Below, in pieces: positions 1 through 9,789 of a stretch of 64,000 bases of DNA. Under the pieces are notes generated by a model. That model saw only the letters and a list, made by a program, of their open reading frames with translations. It did not search any database and had not been told where the DNA came from. Every line of letters starts with the position of its first letter. Position 1 is the first letter of the stretch. Origin of the DNA: Candidatus Eiseniibacteriota bacterium (lineage in GTDB: Bacteria; Eisenbacteria; RBG-16-71-46); assembly GCA_963707915.1 (NCBI GenBank), contig OY970178.1, forward strand, positions 2,368,001-2,432,000, in the 5' to 3' direction. The position numbers and the translations under genes were made by a program.

Positions 1-299
1 CTCCGCGCCCGGCCCGCCCCTTCCGGGGGCGCCCGGCGCCGTGCGACGTGGGTCGGAGCGTCACGGCAGGACGTGCGGACACGGGCGTGACCGCGACGCC
101 CCTGGTCCGCATGGTCGGCCGCATTATAGCCCGATGCGACCCCGCGGGACCAAGTGCGGGCGGACCTCGCCCCGGCACGCTGCCACGGCCGCCCGTCGCC
201 CCGACACCGGCGCGCCCGCCCGTTGCGCGCTCCGCGCCGCGCACCTACACTGCCGCGGTCCTTCACCGTGTCCGCGCTCCACCCTCAACCCGTGCCCTC

Positions 300-1730
300 A
301 TGCCCGACGCCCCGTCCGAACTCTCCGACCTGGTCCCGCGCGAGCTCGCCGCCGAGCTGCTCGGGCTGGCGCGCGCGCACGGTGCGGGATTCGCCGAGGT
401 CTACGCCGAGCACGCCATGGTCTCCGCCTTCACGCTCGAAGAGCGCCGCATCCGCTCGTCGGAGTACTCGCGCGGCCAGGGGGTGGGCGTGCGCGCGATC
501 CACGGCCAGCAGACCGGCTACGCCTACGCCGACGGCTTCGACGTCGCGGACCTGCGCGAGGCCGCCCGCGTCGCGGCCCGCATCGCGCGCGACGGCGCTC
601 CGGGCGGGGCTCCGCGCGCCTTCGCCGTCGTCGAGGCCCCGGCGCCCTTCACGCTCGCCGCGCCGGTGACGCTCACGCTCGACCCGGCCCGCAAGGTCGA
701 GATGCTGCGCCGCGCCGACGAGGCCGCGCGCGGGCACGACGGGCGCATCCACGAGGTCTCGGCCGGCTTCGCCGATTCCGCGAAGAGCACGCTGGTCGCC
801 AACAGCGACGGGCTGTGGGCCGAGGACCGGCACTTCCTCGCGCGCCTGGCGGTCACGGCCTTCGCGACCGAGGGCGACGTCCGCCAGCACGGCACCGCCA
901 CCGGCGGCGGGAGCGTCGAGGCCGCGCACTTCGAGGGCCCGCGCACGCCCGAGCAGATCGCGCTCGAGGCCGCGGGCGTGGCCGTCACCCTGCTGCGCGC
1001 CGAGGAGCCCCGGGCCGGCACCTACCCGGTCGTGGTCGCTCCCGGCTGGGGCGGCGTGCTCGTGCACGAGTGCTTCGGCCACGGCATGGAAGGCGACGTC
1101 ATCCGCAAGAAGTCCTCGATCCGCGCGTCGCAGATGGGACGGCTGGTCGCGGCCCGGGGCGTGACCATCGTGGACTCGGGCCTGGTGCCGTTCTCGCGCG
1201 GCTCGTTCCGCGTGGACGACGAGGGCACGCCCGCCCAGCGCACCCTGCTGGTCGAGGACGGCGTGCTGGTCGGCTACCTCTGGGACCTGCTGAATGCGCG
1301 GCTCACCGGGAACCGGCCGACCGGCAACGGCCGGCGCTCCTCGTACCGCGACTTCCCGCTGTGCCGCATGACCAACACGTTCATCGAGGCCGGCACGGCC
1401 GCGCCCGCGGACCTCATCGCCTCGGTCCCGCGCGGGCTCTACTGCAAGAACCTGGGCGGAGGCTCGGTCAGCCCGGCCGACGGCAACTTCTCGTTCCAGG
1501 TCACCGAGGCCTGGCGCATCGAGGACGGCCGGCTGGTCGCGCCCGTGCGCAACGCCACCCTGACCGGCAACGGCGACGACGCGATGCTCAAGATCGACGG
1601 CGTGGGCAGCGACCTGCGCATCGAGGGCAGCACCGGCTCGTGCGGCAAGGACGGCCAGTGGAAGCCGGTGGGCGTCGGCCAGCCCACCGTGCGCTTCACC
1701 GGGATCACCGTCGGGGGCACCGGCACGTGA
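300..1730 (+). CDS. tldD: TldD family metalloprotease (catalytic subunit)
   Basis: HECFGH (HExxGH) metal motif, GSFRVDDEG, RMTNTF and C-terminal GSCGK. ATG at 300 chosen over upstream low-complexity starts. Confidence 0.93.
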   Translation: MPDAPSELSDLVPRELAAELLGLARAHGAGFAEVYAEHAMVSAFTLEERRIRSSEYSRGQGVGVRAIHGQQTGYAYADGFDVADLREAARVAARIARDGAPGGAPRAFAVVEAPAPFTLAAPVTLTLDPARKVEMLRRADEAARGHDGRIHEVSAGFADSAKSTLVANSDGLWAEDRHFLARLAVTAFATEGDVRQHGTATGGGSVEAAHFEGPRTPEQIALEAAGVAVTLLRAEEPRAGTYPVVVAPGWGGVLVHECFGHGMEGDVIRKKSSIRASQMGRLVAARGVTIVDSGLVPFSRGSFRVDDEGTPAQRTLLVEDGVLVGYLWDLLNARLTGNRPTGNGRRSSYRDFPLCRMTNTFIEAGTAAPADLIASVPRGLYCKNLGGGSVSPADGNFSFQVTEAWRIEDGRLVAPVRNATLTGNGDDAMLKIDGVGSDLRIEGSTGSCGKDGQWKPVGVGQPTVRFTGITVGGTGT

Positions 1731-3115
1731 GCGGCGCGCCCCGCGACGGCCGGCCGCTCGACGCCGACGCGCTCCTGCGCCTCGGCGCGGACGCCGTGGA
1801 GCGCGCGCGACGGGCGGGCGCCGACCACGCCGAGGCCTGCCTCGAGAGCCTGCGCTCCTTCACCGTGCGGGTGAACGGCGGCGAGATCGAGAGCCTCAAG
1901 CAGAGCGTGACGCGGGGGCTCGGCCTGCGCGTGCTGGTCGGCGGGGCGCAGGGGTTCGTCTCGAGCACCGACCTGGCGCCCGGCGCGCTCGACGAGCTCG
2001 CGCGTCACGCCGTGGCGCTGGCGCGATTCTCGACGCCCGACGAGGCCAACGCCTTCCCCACGCCGGCGGACGCCACCGACGAGCCGCCGCCGGACCTCGG
2101 GCTGGTGGACCCGGCCGTGCTCGAGTGGCCCGCCGAGCGCCGCATCGAGATGGCGCTGACGCTCGAGCGGGTCGCGCTGGCCTGCGACCCGCGGATCCAG
2201 CGCACCGACGGCGCGAGCGTCTCCGCGCGCGACGGGCATGCGGCCCTGGTGAACTCGAGCGGCCTGGCGCGCGCCTCGTCCGGCACCACGGTGAGCGCGC
2301 ACGTCGTGCCGCTCGCCGTCGACGGCGAGGGCAAGCAGCAGACCGGCTGGTACGGCATGGTCCAGTGCCGGCTCGACCAGCTCGAGGAGCCCGAGGCCAT
2401 CGCACGCGAGGCCGCGCGCCGCGCCGTCGCGCGGATCGGGGCGCGCCAGGTGCCGACCGCCCGCGTGCCGGTGATCCTCGCCCCCGACATCGCGGCGGCC
2501 TGGATCGGCGAGATGTTCGAGGCCTTCAGCGGCGAGGCCCACCTCAAGCGGACGTCGTGGCTCACCGGCCGGCTGGGCGAGACCATCGCCTCGGGGCTCG
2601 TGACGCTGGTGGACGACGGCCGGCGGCCGCGCGCGGTCGGGAGCGAGCCCTTCGACGGCGAAGGGATGCCGACGCGCCGCAACGTGCTGGTCGAGCGCGG
2701 CCGCTTCACCACCGTCCTCTACGACCACTACCACGCGCGGCGCGCCGGCGTCCGCTCCACCGGGAGCGCCGTGCGCGGCTACGCCTCGACGCCGGGCATC
2801 GGCTCGCACAACCTCTACGTCGAGGCCGGGGACCAGAGCCCCGAGGCCATCCTGGCGCGCGTGGACCGCGGCTTCTACATGGACGACCAGGGCTCGTACG
2901 GGTTCAACTCCACGACCGGCGACTACTCCTTCCAGGCGCAGGGCTTCTGGATCGAGCGCGGCGTGAAGGCCTTCCCGGTCGAGGGCGTGACGGTGGCTTC
3001 GAACTCGCTGGAGATGCTCGCGAACGTGGCCGCGGTGGGCGACGACCTGCGCTTCCTCGGCAGCGTCGCGAGCCCCACGCTGCTGGTCTCCGAGATGACC
3101 GTCAGCGGAGGGTAG
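1727..3115 (+). CDS. pmbA: PmbA/TldE family protein (non-catalytic partner of TldD)
   Basis: GTGA overlap with the tldD stop; PFDGEG, STGSA and TTGDYS motifs; no HExxH. This is the C-terminal part of ORF 41..3115. Confidence 0.9.
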   Translation: MSGAPRDGRPLDADALLRLGADAVERARRAGADHAEACLESLRSFTVRVNGGEIESLKQSVTRGLGLRVLVGGAQGFVSSTDLAPGALDELARHAVALARFSTPDEANAFPTPADATDEPPPDLGLVDPAVLEWPAERRIEMALTLERVALACDPRIQRTDGASVSARDGHAALVNSSGLARASSGTTVSAHVVPLAVDGEGKQQTGWYGMVQCRLDQLEEPEAIAREAARRAVARIGARQVPTARVPVILAPDIAAAWIGEMFEAFSGEAHLKRTSWLTGRLGETIASGLVTLVDDGRRPRAVGSEPFDGEGMPTRRNVLVERGRFTTVLYDHYHARRAGVRSTGSAVRGYASTPGIGSHNLYVEAGDQSPEAILARVDRGFYMDDQGSYGFNSTTGDYSFQAQGFWIERGVKAFPVEGVTVASNSLEMLANVAAVGDDLRFLGSVASPTLLVSEMTVSGG

Positions 3116-3120
3116 CCGGC

Positions 3121-4746
3121 ATGTCCACGATCCAGGCCGCGGCGGGCGCGCTCGGCTTCCAGCGTCCCGACAACAAGTGGCTGGTCGCGTTCGCCGTGAG
3201 CTTCGGCGCGCTGATGGCGACTATCGACATCTCGATCGTCAACGTGGCCCTGCCCCAGATCCGCGGCTCGATCGGCGCCTCGATCGACCAGATGACCGCG
3301 CTCGGGACCTCGTTCGCCATCGCGCAGGTCATCGTCATGCCGCTCACCGCGTTCCTCGGGCGCTTCTTCGGCCAGAAGCGCGTCTACCTCTTCTGCCTCG
3401 GCCTGTTCATCGTCGGCTCGATGCTCTGCGGCATCGCGCACACGCTGCCCCAGCTCATCGCCGCACGCGCCCTGCAGGGCTTCGGCGCCGGCGCGCTCCA
3501 GCCCAGCCAGATGGCCATCCTGCGGCAGACCTTCCCGCCGAGGGAGCAGGGCATGGCGATGGCCATCGTCGGGATGGTGGTGGTCATCGGGCCGGCCATC
3601 GGCCCCACGCTGGGCGGCTGGATCGTGGACAACTGGTCGTGGCCCTGGATCTTCTATATCAACCTGCCGGTCGGCATCGTCGGCATCCTGGCGACCACCC
3701 GCTTCGTGCACGAGCCCGAGGACATCCGCGCGGCGAACCGCTCGCAGGCGGAGGTCATGCGCCGGAACCTCGACTGGCAGGGCATCGCGTACATGAGCGT
3801 CGGCCTCGCGGCCCTGCAGTACGTGCTCCAGGAAGGGAACCGCATGGACTGGTTCGACTCCAAGGCGGTCACCCTGGCGGCCATCCTGGCGGTGGCGGGG
3901 ATCACCGCCTTCATCGTGCAGGAGCTGCGCTCGCCGGCCCCGGCGGTGAACCTGCGCCTCTTCCGCGACCGGACCTTCCTCTCCGCCACGGTCATCGGCA
4001 GCATCATGTTCGCGAACCTGATGGCCAACATGTTCCTGCTGCCGGTCTTCATGCAGGAGATGCTCGGGTTCACCGCGCTCAAGTCGGGCCTGGCGCTCAT
4101 GCCGCGCGCCCTGGTGATGATGGTCGCGACCCCCATCGTCGGGCGCATCTACAACCGCGTCTCGCCGCGCCTGCTGGTGGGCCTCGGCGTGGCCTGCGTG
4201 GCCGTGGGCTCGCTCGACATGGGCCGCTTCACGCTGCAGACCAGCGACACCGGCATCATCGCGACCCTGCTGCTGCAGGGCGTGGGCTTCTCCCTGCTGT
4301 TCGTGCCGCTCACCACCGTCGCCCTGAGCCACGTGGCGCGCACGCAGCTGACCGACGCGAGCGGCCTCAACTCGCTGGTCCGGCAGTTCGGCGGCTCGGC
4401 CGGGCTCGCCATCTACGGCACCCTGCTCGAGCAGTACACGACGCGCGCCCAGGCGGCGCTGGCCGTGCACGTGGACCCCTTCCGGCCCGAGGTGGCGCAG
4501 CGACTCGAGGCGATGACGCGCGGCATGATCGCCCAGGGCATGGACGCGATCACCGCGCACGCGGCCGCGCTGAAGGCGCTGGCCGGAACGGTGGCCCGGC
4601 AGAGCGCGATGATCGCCTTCGAGAAGACCTTCATGCTCACCGGCTTCATGATGCTCACCCTGCTGCCGCTCGTGGTCTTCCTGCGTTCGAAGGACCACGA
4701 GCGGGCGCAGCCGGAGCGCCCGCCGCCCACGGCGATGGTGGAGTAG
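3121..4746 (+). CDS. DHA2 (EmrB/QacA) family MFS efflux transporter
   Basis: DISIVNVALP, ARALQGFG, GPAIGPTLGG and WPWIFYINLPVG motifs; about 14 hydrophobic segments. Confidence 0.93.
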   Translation: MSTIQAAAGALGFQRPDNKWLVAFAVSFGALMATIDISIVNVALPQIRGSIGASIDQMTALGTSFAIAQVIVMPLTAFLGRFFGQKRVYLFCLGLFIVGSMLCGIAHTLPQLIAARALQGFGAGALQPSQMAILRQTFPPREQGMAMAIVGMVVVIGPAIGPTLGGWIVDNWSWPWIFYINLPVGIVGILATTRFVHEPEDIRAANRSQAEVMRRNLDWQGIAYMSVGLAALQYVLQEGNRMDWFDSKAVTLAAILAVAGITAFIVQELRSPAPAVNLRLFRDRTFLSATVIGSIMFANLMANMFLLPVFMQEMLGFTALKSGLALMPRALVMMVATPIVGRIYNRVSPRLLVGLGVACVAVGSLDMGRFTLQTSDTGIIATLLLQGVGFSLLFVPLTTVALSHVARTQLTDASGLNSLVRQFGGSAGLAIYGTLLEQYTTRAQAALAVHVDPFRPEVAQRLEAMTRGMIAQGMDAITAHAAALKALAGTVARQSAMIAFEKTFMLTGFMMLTLLPLVVFLRSKDHERAQPERPPPTAMVE

Positions 4747-4815
4747 GCGGCGCGCCGCGCGCGAAGGCCGGCCCCGCGGCGCGGGACCGGCCCCGGGCGC
4801 CCCCGCGGGCCCCGC

Positions 4816-6018
4816 CTAGGAGTTCCGGAAGCTCGCCACCAGGGACACCGCCCGGCGCGGGGTGTGCGGCACCCGGCTGTCGTGGCCGCAACGCAACAGC
4901 ACCAGCGGCTCCTCGCCGGTCACGCCGAAGCGGCGCAGCAGCGGGCCGCGGAAGCGCTCGAGCTCGAGCGGCGCGTTCATCGGCTGGTGCGCCAGCCCGA
5001 GCTGCGTCGCCTTGAGCGCCAGCCGCTCGAAGGCCTGCCCGCCCACGACCCAGGACGTCTCGTCGCGGGCCGTGGTGGTCAGCAGGGCGGCGGCCCCCGC
5101 GCTGCGCACGCCCTCCCGCGCCCGCTTGGCCAGGCTGCCCGCGCCGAAGCGCAGGAACCACGAGTCGGGGTCGTAGTAGTGGCCGGCGAACCAGTTGGCC
5201 GGCCCGGTCATGCCGAGCGCGTCCACCGGCACGCCGTCACCGTGCCGCGCCGCGTCCCGGGGGCTCGAGCGCAGCCAGGCGTGCTCCTCGGCCTGGATGC
5301 GGCGGTTCGAGACCCGCTCGTGGACCGCGTCGTGCACCAGGTCGGCCAGTTCGTGGAGCGCGTCGCGACCGTCGACCCAGTACAGGCGCGGGCCATCGGC
5401 GACCTGCGCGCTCAGCTGGGCGCGGACCTGGGGCAGCAGCCCGCGCCCGTCGTAGTTGCGCCGGTTCGTCCGCCGGTCGGTCACCGCGCCGAAGAGCTCG
5501 CGGTCGCGCCGCGGGCCGCCGTCGACCCAGGTCATCTCGGCCACCGCGCCGACCGTGGCGTGCTCCGCGGGGTGGTAGCGCACGGTCGGCTGGAGCCCGT
5601 AGGCCCGGGCCGCCACGACCAGGTTCTCGAGCGCCGCACCCAGCGAGACCATCAGGCCGCGCCGCTCGGGGTCGCCGGTGGGCAGCGCGCGCTGGGCGTC
5701 GGCGAGCAGCCGGATCGATCCGGGATCCACCTCGAAGCGCCAGGGCTGGGTGTTCCAATCGCTGGGCGCGAGCACCGCCGCGCCGACCAGGGCGCGGGCG
5801 AGCTCCAGCCCGTCGGCGGGCGGCTCGGCCGGCAGCGCCCAGGGCTGCAGCGCGACGGCCTCGATGCGGGCGCGGCGCGCCCAGGCGTCCACGGGGCGCA
5901 GCGCCGTGTACGCGGCCGCGCCCCCCACGACGAGCAGGAATTCCCGACGGCCCAGCGTCCGCGGCACACGGAGGTCACGAGCGCCGGAAGCGCGCCGTGA
6001 GCGTGGGGTCCGTTCCAT
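4816..6018 (-). CDS. Acg-type nitroreductase-family FMN-binding oxidoreductase with twin-arginine signal
   Basis: LAPSDWNTQPWRF, SLGAALENL and RRTNRRNY motifs; N-terminal RREFLL followed by a hydrophobic stretch. Confidence 0.82.
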   Translation of the reverse strand: MERTPRSRRASGARDLRVPRTLGRREFLLVVGGAAAYTALRPVDAWARRARIEAVALQPWALPAEPPADGLELARALVGAAVLAPSDWNTQPWRFEVDPGSIRLLADAQRALPTGDPERRGLMVSLGAALENLVVAARAYGLQPTVRYHPAEHATVGAVAEMTWVDGGPRRDRELFGAVTDRRTNRRNYDGRGLLPQVRAQLSAQVADGPRLYWVDGRDALHELADLVHDAVHERVSNRRIQAEEHAWLRSSPRDAARHGDGVPVDALGMTGPANWFAGHYYDPDSWFLRFGAGSLAKRAREGVRSAGAAALLTTTARDETSWVVGGQAFERLALKATQLGLAHQPMNAPLELERFRGPLLRRFGVTGEEPLVLLRCGHDSRVPHTPRRAVSLVASFRNS

Positions 6019-6164
6019 GACCCCGGAGAGTGCGCGGCGGGGGTCACGCGCGTCAACCCGAAAGACCCAAGCGATTGACGAACCGCGATTTAGCCCGGCC
6101 GGTCCGTGGGCCCGCCGCGGCGGCCAGGTTGCCGTCGCATCGGGCCCGCGGATAGCTTCACCCG

Positions 6165-6659
6165 GTGCCTCCGACCCGTTTCCTGGCCGACTCCTCGCTG
6201 GAGTCCCTCGCCCGTCGCCTGCGCTTCCTGGGCTACGACGTGGCCACGATCGCGGGCGCCCGGCTCGAGGAGCTCCTCGAGGCGGCCCGGTGCGAGGGCC
6301 GCACCGTCCTCACGCTGAGCACGCGACGACCGCGGCGCTGGGCGGGCGTGCCGGCGATCACGGTCGGGCGCGGCGACGAGGCGGGGGCGGTGCGGCGGCT
6401 GGCGGCGGCCTGCGAGCCCGCGGGCCCGCCCTTCAGCCGCTGCGGCCGGTGCGGCGCGGCGCTCGAGCCCCGGCAGGCCTTCGAGGCGCACGGGGAGGTG
6501 CCGGGCCGCGTGCTGCGCTCCGCGACCGCGCTGCGCCATTGCCCCGCGTGCGGCAAGTGGTACTGGGAGGGCACGCACGTCGCGCGCATCCGCGAGTGGC
6601 TCGAGCGCGCGCTCGGCCGGCCGCTCGAGCCGCGCGAAGACGCGCCGCGGCCCGGCTGA
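6165..6659 (+). CDS. Mut7-C RNase domain protein (PIN-like fold plus Zn ribbon)
   Basis: RFLADSSLESLARRLRFLGYD, FSRCGRC, CPACGKWYWEGTH. Confidence 0.88.
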   Translation: MPPTRFLADSSLESLARRLRFLGYDVATIAGARLEELLEAARCEGRTVLTLSTRRPRRWAGVPAITVGRGDEAGAVRRLAAACEPAGPPFSRCGRCGAALEPRQAFEAHGEVPGRVLRSATALRHCPACGKWYWEGTHVARIREWLERALGRPLEPREDAPRPG

Positions 6660-6860
6660 CGGCGGAGCGAGGTCGGTGCGGACCGCGCGCACCGCGGGAC
6701 GGCCGGCCCGCCCGGCCCGCGCCGGGCCGCGCCGGGCGCGACCTCCGCCCGCGACCGTGTGCTAGACTTCCGGCGATGCAGCCTTGAGCCCGGTCTGACC
6801 GTCGTCGCGCCATCGGACCCGCCGTGCGGGTCCCCCGCTCCAGCCGAGGGGCTCCCCCGC

Positions 6861-7727
6861 ATGGACCTCAGCCTCATCCTCGTCAGCTACCGCTCGCGCG
6901 AGCCCCTGCTCGAATGCCTGCGCGCACTGCGGACCGACGCCCGGGCCGCGGGGATCCGCACCGAGACCGTGGTGGTGGACAACGACTCGCGCGACGGCAC
7001 GATCGAGGCGCTGGCGGCGGAATTCCCGGAGGTGCGCCTCGTCGCCAACCGCGAGAACTCCGGTTACGCACGGGCGGTGAACCAGGGGCTGGCCGCCACC
7101 ACGGCGCCCTTCGCGCTGGTGCTGAACCCGGACTGCGTGGTGCAGGCCGGAGCGCTGCGCGCCCTGCTCGACCACGCGGCGGCCCATCCCCGCTCGGGGC
7201 TGGTCGGCCCGAAGATCCTCAACCCCGACGACTCGCTCGAGTTCTCGGCGCGCTCGTTCCCGGACCCGCTCACCTTCCTCTTCAACCGCTACTCGCTCCT
7301 CACCCGGCTGTTCCCGGGCAACCGCTTCTCCCGCCGCTACCTGCTCACCGACTGGGACCATGCCACGGTGCGCGAGGTGGGCTGGATCTCGGGCGCCTGC
7401 ATGCTGGCGCGCCGCGCGGCGGTCGAGCAGGTCGGCGGGATGGACGAGGCCTTCTTCATGTTCAACGAGGACGTGGACTGGTGCCGCCGCATGAAGCCGG
7501 CCGGATGGGCCGTGACCTACGAGCCCGGGGCGGTGGTGGTGCACCACATCGGGGCCAGCCGGTCCCGCGTCGCGGCGCGCGTCATCTGGGGCCGGCACCT
7601 GGGCATGATCCACTACTTCCACAAGCACCACCCCACCAACCCGCTGTTCTCGCTCCCGGCCGACGCCGTCATCCTGCTCCGCGCGACGTTGATGGTCGTC
7701 GCGAACGCGCTGCGGCCGCGCGGATGA
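6861..7727 (+). CDS. GT2 family glycosyltransferase (WbbL-like)
   Basis: VVVDNDSRDGT, ENSGYARAVNQG, LNPD, GACML, DEAFFMFNEDVDWC. Confidence 0.92.
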   Translation: MDLSLILVSYRSREPLLECLRALRTDARAAGIRTETVVVDNDSRDGTIEALAAEFPEVRLVANRENSGYARAVNQGLAATTAPFALVLNPDCVVQAGALRALLDHAAAHPRSGLVGPKILNPDDSLEFSARSFPDPLTFLFNRYSLLTRLFPGNRFSRRYLLTDWDHATVREVGWISGACMLARRAAVEQVGGMDEAFFMFNEDVDWCRRMKPAGWAVTYEPGAVVVHHIGASRSRVAARVIWGRHLGMIHYFHKHHPTNPLFSLPADAVILLRATLMVVANALRPRG

Positions 7728-7767
7728 GCCCGCAGCGGACGGGCCCCGCACCGGGGAGGGCGCGCTG

Positions 7768-8811
7768 ATGCCCTATTCGCTCGCGCTCGCGCTCGCCTCC
7801 GGCTTCCTGGCGCTCGCGGTCACGCCGGTGGTGATGGCCCTGGCGCGCCGCGGGGGCGCGCTCGACCACCCCGGCCCACGCCGGATCCACCGCGTGCCCG
7901 TGCCCACGCTGGGCGGGATCGCCTTCGTCGTGGCGGTGCTGGGCGTGGCGTGGCTGGCGCGCGTGCTGCCGGGGCCGGCGCGCCTGCTGGAGGTCCGGCC
8001 GCTGCTCGGGCTCACGCTGGCCGCGGTCCCGCTGGTCGCGCTCGGCATCGTGGACGACCTGCGCGGCGCCGGGCCGTGGACCAAGCTCACGGTCCAGGCC
8101 TGCTCGGCGATGGTGCTCGTGCACTTCGGCTACGGCGTGCCGCTGCTGACCAACCCGTTCGGCGCGCCCCTCGAACCGGGATTCCTGAGCGGGCCGCTGG
8201 CCGTCGCCTGGGTGCTGGTCGTGGTGAACGCCATCAACCTGATCGACGGGCTCGACGGCCTCGCCGCGGGGGTGGTGCTCATCGCCGCGGGCACGCTCTG
8301 GTGGGTGGGCCACTCGCACATGGACATGTACGTGATGTTCATCGCGTCGCTGCTGATCGGCGCCACGCTCGGGTTCCTGCCCTGGAACTTCCCCCCCGCC
8401 CGCGTCTTCATGGGTGACACCGGCAGCCACTTCCTCGGCCTCACGCTGGCCGCCGTCGCGCTGCTCGAGAACCGCAAGGAGACCGCGACGGTCACCCTGC
8501 TCTTCCCGCTGGTCGCCCTGGGGGTCCCCATCGCCGACAGCCTGATGGCGTTCGTGCGGCGGCTGGGCAGCGGCCAGCACGTGTTCCACGCCGATCGCCA
8601 GCACATCCACCACCGCCTGCTCGGCCTGGGCCTCTCGCCGCGCGGCGCGCTGTTCGTGCTGTGGGGGTTGTGCGCCGTCTTCGGCGTGACGGCCGTGGTG
8701 CTCGCCGCGCGGCCGCGCCGGCTGGCGTTCCTGGTCGTGCTGGCTTTGGCGGTGGTGCTGTTCGTCGCGTTCGAGGTCCTCGCCCGCAAGGGGCGCGACG
8801 CCGGACGCTGA
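7768..8811 (+). CDS. MraY/WecA/TagO family polyprenyl-phosphate HexNAc-1-phosphate transferase
   Basis: GIVDD, NAINLIDGLDGLA, VFMGDTGS, DRQHIHHRL; multiple TM helices. Confidence 0.93.
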   Translation: MPYSLALALASGFLALAVTPVVMALARRGGALDHPGPRRIHRVPVPTLGGIAFVVAVLGVAWLARVLPGPARLLEVRPLLGLTLAAVPLVALGIVDDLRGAGPWTKLTVQACSAMVLVHFGYGVPLLTNPFGAPLEPGFLSGPLAVAWVLVVVNAINLIDGLDGLAAGVVLIAAGTLWWVGHSHMDMYVMFIASLLIGATLGFLPWNFPPARVFMGDTGSHFLGLTLAAVALLENRKETATVTLLFPLVALGVPIADSLMAFVRRLGSGQHVFHADRQHIHHRLLGLGLSPRGALFVLWGLCAVFGVTAVVLAARPRRLAFLVVLALAVVLFVAFEVLARKGRDAGR

Positions 8812-9089
8812 AGCGGCGGGGGCGCCGGGACCCCGGGGACACCACCCGCCCGACTCCGCCACCCGGTCCCGGCCCTCGCATGCCATCGGGCAGCACGCGC
8901 CATGCCACCGGCGATCGGCCGGCGCGCGCGGCGCGTCCGGGCCCGAGCTGTCCGGCCGCCGTCCATCCGTGTCCATCCGCGGTCGCCGCGCGGCGCGTGG
9001 ACGCCCCCGCGGCGGCGCGCCCGCCGCCACGCATGGCGAAGGCGCGGTGGTCTGCCCACCGCGCCCCCGCGAATCCCGCCCCGACGCCG

Positions 9090-9779
9090 TCAGTAGGTGA
9101 TCGAGTAGTCCAGCTTGAAGCTCCAGAGCGTCCGCGTCTTCGACTGCGACGCGTTGAACAGCAGCGGCATGTCCGCGCTGGCCGGGGCTTTCATGGAGAC
9201 GAGCAGGTCGTCGATCTTGGGCCGGCCGCCGTCCGGGCCCGAGAAGGCCGGGTTCGCGTCCAGCTTGTCCACCGAGGCCATGCGCAGGTCGATGCCGAGG
9301 AGCCCCTGCTTGCTGACCGGGACGTGCAGGCCGCAGACCACGTAGCGGCCCGGCGTGTAGCCGCTCGCGTCGGCCCCGGTCCGGTAGAGCTTGTGGTAGA
9401 AGGCCCCACCACCGAAGCCCACGTACGGGTAGGCCGACGAACCCCAGCGCGAGTGACGCACGACCTCGAGCGTGAGCGGCACCGAGATCTCCGCCGCGGT
9501 GCCGAAACGGCCCAGCCACTCGTAGTGGACGAAGCCGCCCACGGACCACCGGTCGAGCACGAAGCGCCGGTAGCCGAAGCCGCCGCCGACCAGGCCGCTG
9601 GGCGCCTCTTCGCCGGCGGCCTTGGCGTAGCCGGCGCGCACCGACATCCACTGGCTGCCTCGCTTCAGAACGTCCCCGGCGGCGGCCGAGGAGCCGGCCG
9701 CGAACGCCGGCACGGCCGCGGCGCCGGCCAGCGCCACCGCCATCAGGGCTGCCGCACACGTCATCCGATACCTGTTCAC
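9090..9779 (-). CDS. Outer-membrane beta-barrel protein (putative)
   Basis: Sec signal, amphipathic strands, YPYVGFGGG, C-terminal aromatic residue (DYSITY). Confidence 0.65.
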   Translation of the reverse strand: MNRYRMTCAAALMAVALAGAAAVPAFAAGSSAAAGDVLKRGSQWMSVRAGYAKAAGEEAPSGLVGGGFGYRRFVLDRWSVGGFVHYEWLGRFGTAAEISVPLTLEVVRHSRWGSSAYPYVGFGGGAFYHKLYRTGADASGYTPGRYVVCGLHVPVSKQGLLGIDLRMASVDKLDANPAFSGPDGGRPKIDDLLVSMKAPASADMPLLFNASQSKTRTLWSFKLDYSITY

Positions 9780-9789
9780 TGGTCGCTCC

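Noticed and set aside
1..128. Minus-strand gene starting at ATG 112 after TATAAT (128-123) and running off the left edge
   Set aside because: Only 37 low-complexity codons are visible; plausible but not supportable from this window.
6776..6787. Three-codon uORF (MQP*) 7 nt after a TGC.TAGACT box upstream of the GT2 gene
   Set aside because: Too short to distinguish from chance without conservation data.
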